NCBI GenBank assembly: GCA_036338595.1
Contig: JAYZBV010000072.1
Location: forward strand, 1-64,000
Reading direction: 5' to 3'
Source of the DNA: Planctomycetota bacterium
GTDB lineage: Bacteria > Planctomycetota > UBA8108 > UBA1146
Length of the DNA: 64,000 nucleotides
In this document: positions 38,832 through 49,055 of the stretch, piece after piece
How positions within the stretch are numbered: position 1 is the first letter of the stretch
Layout of the letters: the number at the start of each line of letters is the position of its first letter
The notes under the pieces: generated by a model
Databases searched by the model: none
Seen by the model: only the letters and a program-made list of their open reading frames with translations
Told to the model about the DNA's origin: nothing
Translations under genes and position numbers: made by a program

Positions 38832-39020
38832 CTGACAATCTTCCCTTCCTTCAGAGCTGAATTCCTCGGCAATTTCCAGTCGTATCGTCACCGATGACAG
38901 ATACTTGCGGCAAGGGGGCAGGGTTTCCTTGAGAAGCGAGGCCCGGCACGAGATGATGACAGGCTGGCGATTCCCGCTCCCGATCGGGCGGGAGCGCAGT
39001 GGCAGCACTGGAGACTCAGC

Positions 39021-39788
39021 ATGAGCCAAGAGACCGCGACACCAAAGGACTGGTACCTCGACGCCTTCAGGGCGGAGTACCTGGAGGTCTATCCGTGGCG
39101 CGATCAGGCTTCTGCGGAGCAAGAGGTCGATCGCGCCATCGAATGGCTCTCGGTCTCCCCTCAGGATCGAGTTCTCGACCTCTGTTGTGGCGCTGGTCGG
39201 CACAGCCACTGGATGAAAAACAGCTGCTCGCAGCTCTATTCCCTCGATCTGTCGCAGAGCCTGCTGAATCAGGCTCGCTCGCAACTGGGAGATGATGCGG
39301 CGCTGGTGAGAGCCGATGTTCGTACCCTCCCCTTTGCAGATTCCAGTTTTGACCAGGTGCTGATGTTCTTCACTTCATTTGGCTATTTCGACTCCGATGA
39401 AGAAAATGGGTCGGTGCTGAAGGAGGTGGCGAGGGTGGTCCGGGTCGATGGTGGGCTGCTTCTCGATCTGCCCGATAGAGATTCAACCATCGATGGCCTG
39501 GTTGCGACCAGTCACCGAAGCGAGGGGGATCTATCGATCGAGGAACATCGTTCTCTCTCCGTCGATGGCAAGCGGGTCGAGAAGTCGGTTGTACTTGAGC
39601 GCAGTGGGAATGAGCGTCGGTACATCGAATCGGTTCGGCTGTATCATCTGGATGAGATGGAGACGCTTTTGAATCAGGCTGGTTGGAAGATCTCAAGTTG
39701 CCACGGCGACTGGCAAGGGGGTCGTTACATCAGCGGAGAAACTCCTCGCATGATCTTGGTGGCCAGGCGACAGGATGAAGATCGATGA
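39021..39788 (+). CDS. Class I SAM-dependent methyltransferase, first gene of the bacillithiol operon
   Basis: VLDLCCGAGRH, ADVRTLPF, FTSFGYF; ATGA overlap with bshC. Confidence 0.85.
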   Translation: MSQETATPKDWYLDAFRAEYLEVYPWRDQASAEQEVDRAIEWLSVSPQDRVLDLCCGAGRHSHWMKNSCSQLYSLDLSQSLLNQARSQLGDDAALVRADVRTLPFADSSFDQVLMFFTSFGYFDSDEENGSVLKEVARVVRVDGGLLLDLPDRDSTIDGLVATSHRSEGDLSIEEHRSLSVDGKRVEKSVVLERSGNERRYIESVRLYHLDEMETLLNQAGWKISSCHGDWQGGRYISGETPRMILVARRQDEDR

Positions 39789-41362
39789 AACACCACGATC
39801 ACCATCCACTCCTCGAGATTCTCCGTGGTCCCGATAGGTCCACCCGCTCGGCACTCGGGATGGTCTCCATCGATCCTGACGAACTGATTCAGCGCGCCAG
39901 ATGCTGCGAGCCGGATGTGACGCGGCGCCAGCAATTACTGGAAGAACTGCGCCCTCGGTGGGCGGGATTGGAACTGCCGCCCGCTGCCAGGGAAGCGGTG
40001 AGTCGCCTCGAAGACCCCACCACCCGAATCGTCATCGCCGGCCATCAACCCGCCCTCTGGGGAGGACCACTGCTGGTGATCTCCAAGATCCTTTCGCTGT
40101 TGCATCTGGCAAGCCGGATGGAGGCGGCGGGGATCCCGACGGTGCCGATCTTCTGGGTTGCTGACGACGACCATGACGGATCAGAACTCGATCCGGGGTC
40201 ATTTCTCCATGGGAAGCCACTGGAGATGCCATTTGCGAGGGGGCGACGCCCTATCTTTGACCTGAGGCATCCTCAACTGCCAGAGGAACGGTTAGCGGCA
40301 CTCTCCGATGTGATCGGGTCTGCCCCTCATGCGCGGGCTGCGCTGCGCATCGCCTCTGGATCGATCTGTGCTTCTCCGGCAGATGAGTTCATTTCATTCA
40401 TCTCACAGGTACTTCCGGATGCGCCGTTGTTGCCGGTATTGCCGCGGTGGTTGCGTGGATTGCAGACGCCAGTGATCGAGCAGGTGCTCGATGATGTCGA
40501 CCTGTACCGGGACCTGGTTCAACGATCCATCGATGAGCAGATCGGGTCAGGAGTACCGGCACCGGTCCCGGCTCCGAGGGGTATGCCACTCTTTGTCATC
40601 GACTCCGATGGCCTGCGTCGCCGGCCCGAGGAGCAAGGATTATCGATCGAAGATGTGAGGGGATTGGATCCTGATAGGATCTCCCCCGATGCGCTGCTGA
40701 GGACGATGGTGCAGGACCAGTTGATCGATCCTGTGGCTGTGGTCATGGGTCCTACCGAACTCTGCTACGCCATCGAGACGCGTGCGGTTCGTCAGCACCG
40801 TGGTTGGTCCAGTCCGATGTGGCTTCCCAGACCGAGGCTTCGCCCCATCGGTATCGAACTGATCGAGCAACTCGTCGAGGAGGGTGTCGCCAGGGATCAG
40901 ATCCATCCCGGCGCGGAAGCATCCGATCTGATCCAGTGCGAGGAGGCGACCAGAGAGGCGATCCAGATCGCCGGTCTCGGGCAGGACCTGATCCAGAAGG
41001 TCGAGGCACTCGTATCCCACCCGGATGCGACCATGGCTCTGCGCCGTCGTGCGCGTCGTCTGGTGAAGACCTGGAGACATCAGTTCCAGCGCCTGGAGAT
41101 CTCGGTCGAGGGGCAACTGGTCGGGCCGACCGTCGAGGCGAGGCGCAAGAGGGTGACCTCGCTGCTCGAACTCCTGTTTCCGGATGGCCGGGAGCCGGAA
41201 CGATGCCGTAACATTCTCGATCTGATCGGTCACCATGGAATCGATGTGATCGAGCGAATGAGGCGATCGATGGAGGAGGAGGAATCGCCATGGGATGGGG
41301 CGATCCTTGAATTCCCCGGCGATCCGGTGACGAACAAGGAGAATCTCGATGTGCAGTGTTGA
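39785..41362 (+). CDS. bshC: Bacillithiol biosynthesis cysteine-adding enzyme BshC (divergent)
   Basis: AGHQPALWGGPL..ISK, VPIFWVADDDHD, SPDALLRTMVQD, GPTELCY, PER; adjacent to bshB1 and bshA. Confidence 0.8.
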   Translation: MKHHDHHPLLEILRGPDRSTRSALGMVSIDPDELIQRARCCEPDVTRRQQLLEELRPRWAGLELPPAAREAVSRLEDPTTRIVIAGHQPALWGGPLLVISKILSLLHLASRMEAAGIPTVPIFWVADDDHDGSELDPGSFLHGKPLEMPFARGRRPIFDLRHPQLPEERLAALSDVIGSAPHARAALRIASGSICASPADEFISFISQVLPDAPLLPVLPRWLRGLQTPVIEQVLDDVDLYRDLVQRSIDEQIGSGVPAPVPAPRGMPLFVIDSDGLRRRPEEQGLSIEDVRGLDPDRISPDALLRTMVQDQLIDPVAVVMGPTELCYAIETRAVRQHRGWSSPMWLPRPRLRPIGIELIEQLVEEGVARDQIHPGAEASDLIQCEEATREAIQIAGLGQDLIQKVEALVSHPDATMALRRRARRLVKTWRHQFQRLEISVEGQLVGPTVEARRKRVTSLLELLFPDGREPERCRNILDLIGHHGIDVIERMRRSMEEEESPWDGAILEFPGDPVTNKENLDVQC

Positions 41363-42128
41363 GCAGAAACTGGACCTGCTGGTCATCGCAGCTCATCCAG
41401 ACGATGCAGAGATCGCCATGGGGGGGACGATCCTCGCCACCATCGCCAGCGGCGCGAGGGTCGGGATCGTGGACCTGACCCGTGGAGAACTCTCGAGTAG
41501 AGGTACTCCCGAACTGCGCGCCGAGGAGACGGCGAGAGCGACGGAGATGCTGGGGGTTCATTGGCGAAGTTGCCTCGATCTTGCCGACGGATCGGTTCGA
41601 GATGACGATCCATCTCGTGAGGCTCTCGTCGAGGTGATGCGTCAGACGAGACCCAAGGTTGTGCTGGCTCCCTGGAAGGATGATCTGCATCCAGATCATG
41701 CCGGAGCCGGATTGCTCGCTTACCGCAGCCTCTATCTGGGAGGGGTGCGCCTGTATCCGTCAGGAACCGAGAACAATGTCCAGCACCGGGCGTCTACGCT
41801 CGGATACTACATGTGCCATACCCCATTCGAGCCAGCTGTGATCGTCGATGTCAGCGAGCACTGGAATCGCAAGATGGAGGTGGTGAACTGCTATCGATCT
41901 CAGTTCCACGACCCGTCTCACCAGGGAGTTCCGACCAAGATCTCCCAACCAGGGTTCATGGCTGCCGTGGAAGGTCGAGCTCGTGACCTCGGTACCCGAG
42001 CGGGAGTCGAACTGGGCGAGGCGATCGTGTGGCAGGATCCTCCTGCAGTGGCCAACCCGGTCGATCTCGTCGTCGGCAAGGGACTCACTTCGAACCGGGA
42101 AGCGGATGCCATGGGTGGTGATCGATGA
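41349..42128 (+). CDS. bshB1: N-acetylglucosaminyl-malate deacetylase (PIG-L family)
   Basis: AAHPDDAE, DLTRGELSSRGT, HPDH, YRSQF. Confidence 0.88.
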   Translation: MCSVEQKLDLLVIAAHPDDAEIAMGGTILATIASGARVGIVDLTRGELSSRGTPELRAEETARATEMLGVHWRSCLDLADGSVRDDDPSREALVEVMRQTRPKVVLAPWKDDLHPDHAGAGLLAYRSLYLGGVRLYPSGTENNVQHRASTLGYYMCHTPFEPAVIVDVSEHWNRKMEVVNCYRSQFHDPSHQGVPTKISQPGFMAAVEGRARDLGTRAGVELGEAIVWQDPPAVANPVDLVVGKGLTSNREADAMGGDR

Positions 42129-43249
42129 AGATTGCGATGGCGTGTCATCCGACCCATGGCGGAAGTGGGGTTGTGGCTGCAGAACTGGGCATGAGACTCG
42201 CTGCTCGTGGCAACGAGGTTCATTTTGTTTCCTACGAGAGGCCCTTTCGCCTCGATCCTCTCACCAGCGGGATTCATTTTCACGAGGTCGAGGTTTCCTC
42301 CTATCCACTGTTTCGCTATCCCCCTTATGCGTTGGCGCTGGCGAACGAGTTGCTCCAGGTGGTCCAGTGTGAGGGAGTCGAGATCATCCATGCTCATTAC
42401 GCCATCCCTCATTCACTGGCGGCAGTGCTGGCTCGAAGCATGAATGCTGAAGGCGAAGTGAAGGTGGTCACGACACTTCATGGCACCGACATCACGCTGG
42501 TCGGGTCCGATCCTTCCTACGCAGGAATAACACGCTGGGCGATCGAGCAGAGTGATCGGGTGACGGTGGTCAGCGATTGGCTCGCCAGTGCCACCCGCGC
42601 CGAACTGGCTCCCGATAAGCATCTCAAGACGATTCCCAATGCTGTAGATTCCGAGGTCTTCTCGCCGCAACAGGCAAATCCGCAGTTGCGGGCGCGCTTT
42701 GCCGCGCCGGAGCAACTGCTCGTGGCTCATGTCAGTAACTTTCGACCGGTCAAGCGAGTCCAGGATGTGGTCACCGCGTTCGCACGTGCAGCGTCAGATC
42801 TATCCGCAAGACTGTTGATGATCGGCCAGGGTCCAGATCTTTCGCTGGCTCAGGATCAGGCACGCAAACTGGGAGTTTCCGAGAAGATCTCCTGGCTTGG
42901 TCCCATCGACGACATCGCCGCTCTGTTGGCTTGCTGTGATCTGTTTCTCTTGCCGAGTGAAAGCGAATCCTTTGGCCTGGCAGCGCTGGAGGCGATGGCA
43001 TCGGGACTGCCTGTGGTGTCGACCCTATCGGGGGGAATTCCCGAGGTCGTTACTGCGGGAGAAACTGGGTTTCTGGCCGAGGTGGGTGATGTGGATTCGC
43101 TCGCCGAGCATTGCCGGGTGTTACTCACAGATGCACAACTGCGAACCAGGATGTCAGAAACAGCACGACTGAAGGCGGCCGAACAATTCGGCTGGGATCA
43201 GGTGTTGACCGAGTATGAAAAGACCTACGAAGAGGTGCTCTCTCCATGA
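42125..43249 (+). CDS. bshA: N-acetyl-alpha-D-glucosaminyl L-malate synthase (GT4)
   Basis: [57 protein letters not shown]. Confidence 0.95.
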   Translation: MKIAMACHPTHGGSGVVAAELGMRLAARGNEVHFVSYERPFRLDPLTSGIHFHEVEVSSYPLFRYPPYALALANELLQVVQCEGVEIIHAHYAIPHSLAAVLARSMNAEGEVKVVTTLHGTDITLVGSDPSYAGITRWAIEQSDRVTVVSDWLASATRAELAPDKHLKTIPNAVDSEVFSPQQANPQLRARFAAPEQLLVAHVSNFRPVKRVQDVVTAFARAASDLSARLLMIGQGPDLSLAQDQARKLGVSEKISWLGPIDDIAALLACCDLFLLPSESESFGLAALEAMASGLPVVSTLSGGIPEVVTAGETGFLAEVGDVDSLAEHCRVLLTDAQLRTRMSETARLKAAEQFGWDQVLTEYEKTYEEVLSP

Positions 43250-43767
43250 GGGTGAGGAGATTCGGTAGCGTCCTTGATCTTGCCGATGGACCCACCGGCG
43301 ATCTCGACGGCATGGGGAATGGCGGGCCAGATCGCCTCCAGACATTCGTCGACCGCTTTCGGATTGCCAGGGAGATTGATGACCAGACAGTTGTCAATCA
43401 ATCCCACTGCTGCTCGTGACAGGATGGCGGTCGGTACGGCCTCCCAGTTGGCGGCTCTCATCTTCTCGCCGAAGCCGGGCAAGATCCGATCGCAACACAG
43501 GATCATCGCCTCGGGTGTGATGTCCCGGGGACCGATGCCGGTACCGCCGGTGGTCACCACCAGTGAGCAACGGGTGGCCATGTCATGGAGGCTCTCACAC
43601 ACCTGATCGAGTTCATCGGGAACGGTGACCTGGTCGAACTCGATGGGGTCGAGCAGCCTGGGCTCGAGCCACTGGCAGACCGCGGGACCGCCCCGGTCCT
43701 CGTATTCACCTCGAAAAACTCGATCCGAGATGGTCAATACCCCGATGGGGTCGAACTTTGCTGGCAT
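43225..43767 (-). CDS. mog: Molybdopterin adenylyltransferase MogA
   Basis: LTISDR...YEDRGG, VPDE, TTGGTGIGPRDITPEA, PTAILSR, NLPGNP. Confidence 0.9.
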   Translation of the reverse strand: MPAKFDPIGVLTISDRVFRGEYEDRGGPAVCQWLEPRLLDPIEFDQVTVPDELDQVCESLHDMATRCSLVVTTGGTGIGPRDITPEAMILCCDRILPGFGEKMRAANWEAVPTAILSRAAVGLIDNCLVINLPGNPKAVDECLEAIWPAIPHAVEIAGGSIGKIKDATESPHPHGESTSS

Positions 43768-44006
43768 TTTCGTTCCTCCGGGAAAGATCGTAAATCAGGA
43801 TCAGAAAAGGAGAAAGGGGCCCCAGGGTGGGCACACTCCGACCAAATCTGACATGTTTGGAGAAAATCCGGCTTTTGAGGGGGAATTTCAGTTCCGGTGG
43901 CGTCATCCTGGTGACTACTGAGGTGGATAGACCCCCTGGTGCTCCCTGGCAGGATTTTGTGTCCTGGAGCGGGGAATCGGGTCGCCCCCCCGGAGGAAGG
44001 AAAATC

Positions 44007-44687
44007 ATGCGCGCTTTCAGTCTGATTCTCGCCTTTGCCCTTGTCGTGTCGACCACCGGCTGGATCGTTGGTCAGTCCAATGAGGGTGCTCGTAGGCCTC
44101 TCGATCTCCCATCCGGCGGTGCCGGAGATGGTGACGAGGATGAAGATGCCCCCGAGTCGATCAACTTCTGGGGTGGTGAATACGAGGGCGATGCCTTCTT
44201 CTGGTGCCTCGACAAGTCGTGCTCGATGAGCTGGAACGGTGAGATCGAGCAGCTCAAGCAGGAGTTCACCCAGACCCTCAACTCCCTCTCTTCCCAGGCG
44301 GAGTTCGGTGTTGTGGCCTTCTCGGAGGGACACATCTCCTGGAATCCGGCACCTCAGCGGGCCAACCCGGCCAACAAGGGATCTGCCACCGCATGGGTGC
44401 TGGCTCTCAACGCTGCGGGTTGGACCTGTATTGGTCCCGCGGGAGTCGAGACTCTCAACATCGCCAACCAGTGTTCGAAGTCGATGAAGCAGGTGCTGGT
44501 GCTCTCCGATGGCGAGCCGTACTGCAACGGTGCCAATACGGCGACGCAGAGTCTGGCGGACATCACCGCTGCGAACTGGCAGCGAATTCCCGTCAATACC
44601 ATCTACATCGCGACCGACAACGGCGGCATCACCTTCATGCAGCAACTGGCGTCGCAGAACAACGGAACCTTCTTCCAGCCGCAGTAA
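44007..44687 (+). CDS. Secreted VWA-domain protein (paralog 1)
   Basis: Signal peptide; MIDAS motifs CLDKSCSM, GWT, LSDGEP; GGAAGG RBS. Confidence 0.8.
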   Translation: MRAFSLILAFALVVSTTGWIVGQSNEGARRPLDLPSGGAGDGDEDEDAPESINFWGGEYEGDAFFWCLDKSCSMSWNGEIEQLKQEFTQTLNSLSSQAEFGVVAFSEGHISWNPAPQRANPANKGSATAWVLALNAAGWTCIGPAGVETLNIANQCSKSMKQVLVLSDGEPYCNGANTATQSLADITAANWQRIPVNTIYIATDNGGITFMQQLASQNNGTFFQPQ

Positions 44688-44795
44688 TCTGCAGGCATGG
44701 TGAAGGAAGTACCCAGGAAGAACGGGTCGGCACTGATCGGGTGCCGACCCGTTCTTCACATCTGCTGATCCGGGGAACCGAACCGAGGAGTCGAA

Positions 44796-45746
44796 ATGGG
44801 TCAGAAGATCTTCTGCTTCGGCGCCGTGGTAGTGGATCTCATCGCCCAGGAGGTTGCCGAGATTCCCGGTCCCGGCGATTCTGCCCGGACCGGATCGATC
44901 CGCCTGGCCATCGGTGGCTGCGCCGCCAATACCGCAACCGGTCTGGCTCGCCTGGGACATCCGGTGCGACTCTGTGGAGCGGTCGGAGATGATCATATGG
45001 GAGACTTTCTGCGAGGCGGTCTGGAGCAGGAGGGTGTGGATCTGAGACATTTCTCGGTTCACCCGGGGGTACAGACGGGAGCCACCTTTGTCATCAATGT
45101 CGAGGGCGAGGATCGTCGCTTCATCTCCGCAACCGGGGCCAACGACGAACCCTGGCCCGAGAAGTTTGACACCACCGCACTCGAAGATGCAGCCGTTGTG
45201 TCCTTCCATGCCTATGGACTGGCAAGGCGACCGGATGTCGAGGATACCAGCCGCATCCTGAAAGCTGCTCGTGCTGCGGGCGCCATCACATTGCTGGATG
45301 TGATCGTGATTCCAGGCGAGGAGTTGTTGCCCGACCTGAAAGTCCTGTTGCCACTGGTGGATGGTTTCTTCCCGAACGACGATGAAGCGAGGCGGCTGAC
45401 CGGCCTCACCGATCCGCGAGAAGCGGCAGCCCGTCTCAGGGATCTGGGCGCATCCACCGTGGTCGTGACGTGCGGAGATCGTGGGCTGGTGTGGGATTCG
45501 CCAGAGGGATGCGGGTCGATGGAAGCCCTGACTGTCGAGACCGTCGATGCGACCGGTTGTGGAGATGCTTTTGGAGCGGGCTTCATCGATGCTCATCTGC
45601 GCGATGGTGCTCTGAAGGAGAAGTTGATCAGCGGCACCGTCCTGGGAGCCGCTGCTGCGACCGCTTCCGGTGCCATCGATGGCCTGCCTGATCGATCTCG
45701 ATTCGAATCGATGATGGAGGCTGGTGTGCCTCAGCTGGTGCGCTGA
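44796..45746 (+). CDS. PfkB-family carbohydrate kinase
   Basis: GGCAANTA..LARLG, VGDDHMG, PNDDEA, VDATGCGDAFGAG. Confidence 0.92.
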   Translation: MGQKIFCFGAVVVDLIAQEVAEIPGPGDSARTGSIRLAIGGCAANTATGLARLGHPVRLCGAVGDDHMGDFLRGGLEQEGVDLRHFSVHPGVQTGATFVINVEGEDRRFISATGANDEPWPEKFDTTALEDAAVVSFHAYGLARRPDVEDTSRILKAARAAGAITLLDVIVIPGEELLPDLKVLLPLVDGFFPNDDEARRLTGLTDPREAAARLRDLGASTVVVTCGDRGLVWDSPEGCGSMEALTVETVDATGCGDAFGAGFIDAHLRDGALKEKLISGTVLGAAAATASGAIDGLPDRSRFESMMEAGVPQLVR

Positions 45747-46062
45747 CCCCGGTCCCCATCGGCAATTCCTGCCGATGTCAGATCGCCCCGATTCCTCGCT
45801 GTGGAAGCAATTCACCAGGGCGCAATTATCGTGCCCGGAATCGGACGAAATCGCTCGGTACAGAGGGGCCAAAAGCGCAAAAATAGGGGATCTTTACTAG
45901 CCGGCGAGACACACCGGATCTGCTCTTCCAGACAGACATGACGAATCAGCCGGATGGGCTGAGAGGCTGCGATCTTTCACAGATGGCGCATCTCTGGTGC
46001 ATCCGGACAGGCGTCGGTGGAAACAGAAGAGGCGGTGGGAGCCGCCCCGAAAAGGAATCAAC

Positions 46063-46827
46063 ATGAACGCGTCGCGAAACGGAAACTCGCCAGCCGAAAC
46101 CGAGATCTCTCGGTGGTTCTTCTCGAAAAGGTTCGAGGCCACATGGTTACATGTACTGCTGTTGGTGATTCCGCTGCTGCTGATGAGCAGTCTGTGGCTC
46201 TTTTCAGCGGAAGGAGAAGAGGCCTACGTTCGACCCCTCGACATGCCCTCCGGTGGCGGGGGCAATGCCGACGACGATGAGGACTCTCCAGAAACCATCA
46301 TCTTCTATGGAATGAACTATGAAGGAGACGCGTTCTTCTGGTGCCTCGACAAGTCCGGATCGATGGACTGGGGCGGAGCGATGGAGGATCTGAAGCAAGA
46401 GGTGAACGGGGCAGTGATGTCTCTGAGTCCTGCAGCGGAGTTCAGCGTTGTCGCCTTCAGTACCAATACCGTGGTCTGGTCCCCGACACCGAAACCCGCA
46501 CGACTGGCTGAAAAGGTAGCCGCACTTGCCTGGGTCAATGCGTTGACTCCGAATGGCTGGACATGCATGGCACCAGCAGCGGTCGAAACCCTCGGCATCT
46601 GTAACATGTCATCGAAGCAGCACCGTCAAGTCATCGTTCTCAGTGACGGAGCACCCTTTTGCAACGATGTAGATACATCGACTCAGGCACTCTCGGAGAT
46701 TTCGATGGCCAACTGGCAACAGGTTCCCATCCACACCGTCTTCATCGGATCGGACACTGCCGGGATCGATTTCATGCAAACCCTGGCTGCATTGAATCAG
46801 GGGACATTTCACATCTGCGACAATTGA
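46063..46827 (+). CDS. Membrane-anchored or secreted VWA-domain protein (paralog 2)
   Basis: Hydrophobic N-region; CLDKSGSM, GWT, LSDGAP; colinear similarity to 44007-44687. Confidence 0.8.
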   Translation: MNASRNGNSPAETEISRWFFSKRFEATWLHVLLLVIPLLLMSSLWLFSAEGEEAYVRPLDMPSGGGGNADDDEDSPETIIFYGMNYEGDAFFWCLDKSGSMDWGGAMEDLKQEVNGAVMSLSPAAEFSVVAFSTNTVVWSPTPKPARLAEKVAALAWVNALTPNGWTCMAPAAVETLGICNMSSKQHRQVIVLSDGAPFCNDVDTSTQALSEISMANWQQVPIHTVFIGSDTAGIDFMQTLAALNQGTFHICDN

Positions 46828-46886
46828 AACCAGAATGATGAGATCCGGATCGAGGGCTGCAGGGAGGAATCCTTGTCGCCCTCGAT

Positions 46887-48497
46887 TCAATTCTGGGGGC
46901 GTGCTTCGGTGCCTCGAGCTGCGTTCGCCAGAATCCGGCAACTGGCAGCTTCCCGTGGCCGATCCAAACTGGCGTAGATGGAGGCGAGCGTGTCGTACGC
47001 TCCAGAGAGATCGCGATGACGCGGATCGTGAGATCGCAGCTGCTCGACCCCCTGTTCGAGCCAGACCTGAGCACCCAGTAGCAACTGGTGCTGGCGATCG
47101 GCGTTGACCTGCGGCAGATGTGACCGAGCTTGGAGCGCCTGCAGGTGTGCTTGGGCATTGGCCATCGGTTGTGACCAGCCGGGTTGGGCTGTGAATGGGC
47201 TGTTTGCAACGAACCACCCTGCGGCGGAGACGATCAGCAGCAGCAGGACCATCCGTGTCAGCCTGCGGAGATGGCGGTCAAATTGGCGCCGAAAGAGCGG
47301 ATCCTCGCGATGATGATGCAGGACGCGGATCCGGTCGTGGATCGAAGGATGGCGCCATCCATTCCTCGCCATCGGCGTCCCCGAGATGCGGGCGATGTGG
47401 GCCAGGGTCTGGGCGATGGCTCCCGGTTTTCCAGTCAGTTCGTCGCTGACGATATCTGCGTGATGTTCCAGATGCCGAGACAGGCGACCGAAGAATATCC
47501 ATCCTGAAATCGTCAACAGGATCACCAGTGTCACTGCGATGGATCCATCTTGGGACTCCAGAACCAGGAAGATGGCGAGCAGGAATCCGCACCCAGTGGC
47601 CAGGAAGAGCCAGATATGATGCTGGCGAGCGTGTGCCAGTTCATGGGCAAAGGCAGCATCGATCTCATCGTTGGTCATGTGCATGATGAAGTGATCGGTG
47701 AGGAAGAACCGCCGTCCGAAGGGCAGCAGTCCGACGATCATCGCGGTGACGAGCGGCTGAGAGCCGGTCAGCCAGATGCGAGGAATACCGCTACGAACTC
47801 CAGCGCCGGTAGCGATGGAGAGGAGGCGTTCTCGAAGAGGTCCAGGAGGGATCGGGCGAGATGGCAACATGCGACCGACAAAGGCGGGTAACAGGAAGAT
47901 GATGGCGATGATCAGAAACCAGTCGCTCGATACCGGCGAGTAACTCTCCAGCGTCAGCCCATGGTCCGGATTGAGGAAGTTCCAGTGGTCGATTCCGCTC
48001 AGTACCGCGATCGGGAGAAGCACCATCAGGCTCAATCGCAGCTGTTCAACAAAGATGGTGAGCATCGCCCTCGGGGAGCGAGTGTGGGGTCCCCGGTTCA
48101 GAGCAAGGACGCAGACAGCGTTAGATACCATCAAGGGAGTGAATGTGAGCAAGGGAGCCACTGCGCACCATTGAGCAGGCAACCTGGACACGATCAGATC
48201 GTGCCAGTTCGCCAGTAGCAGGATCGCTAGCCATGTCAGCAGCACCACGCCGCGTCGGATTCTGAGACCTCGCTGCAGGAGGGTGTGAGCGGGGATACCC
48301 CTGCGAGAGGCGATCCACCGGTATCCAACCACGACGGTGAATGGGACCAGTAACTGAAGAGACACGGGGCCGAGCAACTCTCCGAAAGGAAGCCAGGGCG
48401 TGGCCCAGTGGGTCATGGTTGTGGGAAGCTGCGGAGAGATCTCGCCAACGAAGATCCAGATCAGGATCGCAGCGACCATAGTCACCAGATCGAGCAT
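46887..48497 (-). CDS. M48-family membrane zinc metallopeptidase
   Basis: AAFAHELAH, LEHHAD, HPSIHDRI; multiple TM segments. Confidence 0.85.
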   Translation of the reverse strand: MLDLVTMVAAILIWIFVGEISPQLPTTMTHWATPWLPFGELLGPVSLQLLVPFTVVVGYRWIASRRGIPAHTLLQRGLRIRRGVVLLTWLAILLLANWHDLIVSRLPAQWCAVAPLLTFTPLMVSNAVCVLALNRGPHTRSPRAMLTIFVEQLRLSLMVLLPIAVLSGIDHWNFLNPDHGLTLESYSPVSSDWFLIIAIIFLLPAFVGRMLPSRPIPPGPLRERLLSIATGAGVRSGIPRIWLTGSQPLVTAMIVGLLPFGRRFFLTDHFIMHMTNDEIDAAFAHELAHARQHHIWLFLATGCGFLLAIFLVLESQDGSIAVTLVILLTISGWIFFGRLSRHLEHHADIVSDELTGKPGAIAQTLAHIARISGTPMARNGWRHPSIHDRIRVLHHHREDPLFRRQFDRHLRRLTRMVLLLLIVSAAGWFVANSPFTAQPGWSQPMANAQAHLQALQARSHLPQVNADRQHQLLLGAQVWLEQGVEQLRSHDPRHRDLSGAYDTLASIYASLDRPREAASCRILANAARGTEARPQN

Positions 48498-48532
48498 GCG
48501 GCGTGACCCTTTCGGCTACGCCGCAATGACCA

Positions 48533-48937
48533 TCAGCGGCGTACTTGTGATCGGATCAGGAACTTCATCACCTGATCCTGGTCTTCCTTCTCGATGTCAG
48601 TAAATCGAAGACCGATGGTACAGCGGTCGCGATTTTCAGGGATCTCTTCGATCCAGGACACCTGACAGAGTCCCTTGATGGCATGATCGAGGGATGGCAG
48701 CAACAGATTCACGCCGACATGGATCTTTCCCATCAGCAGCGCCGGGATCCAGTTGAAACTCGGGATCTTGCCGTGAAGCATCAAACCACCGCCGCCGATC
48801 TGCGAGGTTGAGCCCTCGAAAACGACGTCTTCAGCGATCTCGACCTCCTTGGAGAGGAACTTGTAGCGGACAGGAATTTCGGTGGGAAGCCGCACAAATT
48901 CGCGGCGCTGGGAAAAACTCTCGATGGCTTCGGTCAC
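48533..48937 (-). CDS. Stand-alone PilZ-domain protein
   Basis: QRREFVRL (RxxxR), TSQIGGGGL, IGLRF; GGAGG RBS before GTG 48937. Confidence 0.75.
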   Translation of the reverse strand: MTEAIESFSQRREFVRLPTEIPVRYKFLSKEVEIAEDVVFEGSTSQIGGGGLMLHGKIPSFNWIPALLMGKIHVGVNLLLPSLDHAIKGLCQVSWIEEIPENRDRCTIGLRFTDIEKEDQDQVMKFLIRSQVRR

Positions 48938-49055
48938 TTGTGCCTCCTGATGCTGTGGGGGGGGAAGGGGGACCCGAGTGGGGTTTCCTTCCATCATGAG
49001 AATAGGATGTAGAGGCCACTTCGACCAATTGAGGGCCTCTTCGAGAAGCGGAAAA

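Noticed and set aside
38832..39284. Long N-terminal extensions in the ORF track (priA here; also metH, proS, HU, M20D, PilZ, M1)
   Set aside because: The extensions lack family similarity and often overlap neighbouring genes. Internal starts with RBS-like sequences fit better.
45757..45777. Hairpin CATCGGCA-ATTCC-TGCCGATG after the PfkB gene as an intrinsic terminator
   Set aside because: No U-tract follows, so the function cannot be supported.
43734..45872. 712-aa minus-strand ORF
   Set aside because: Antisense shadow of the VWA and PfkB genes with no recognisable motifs. The many other short overlapping ORFs in the track were rejected for the same reason.
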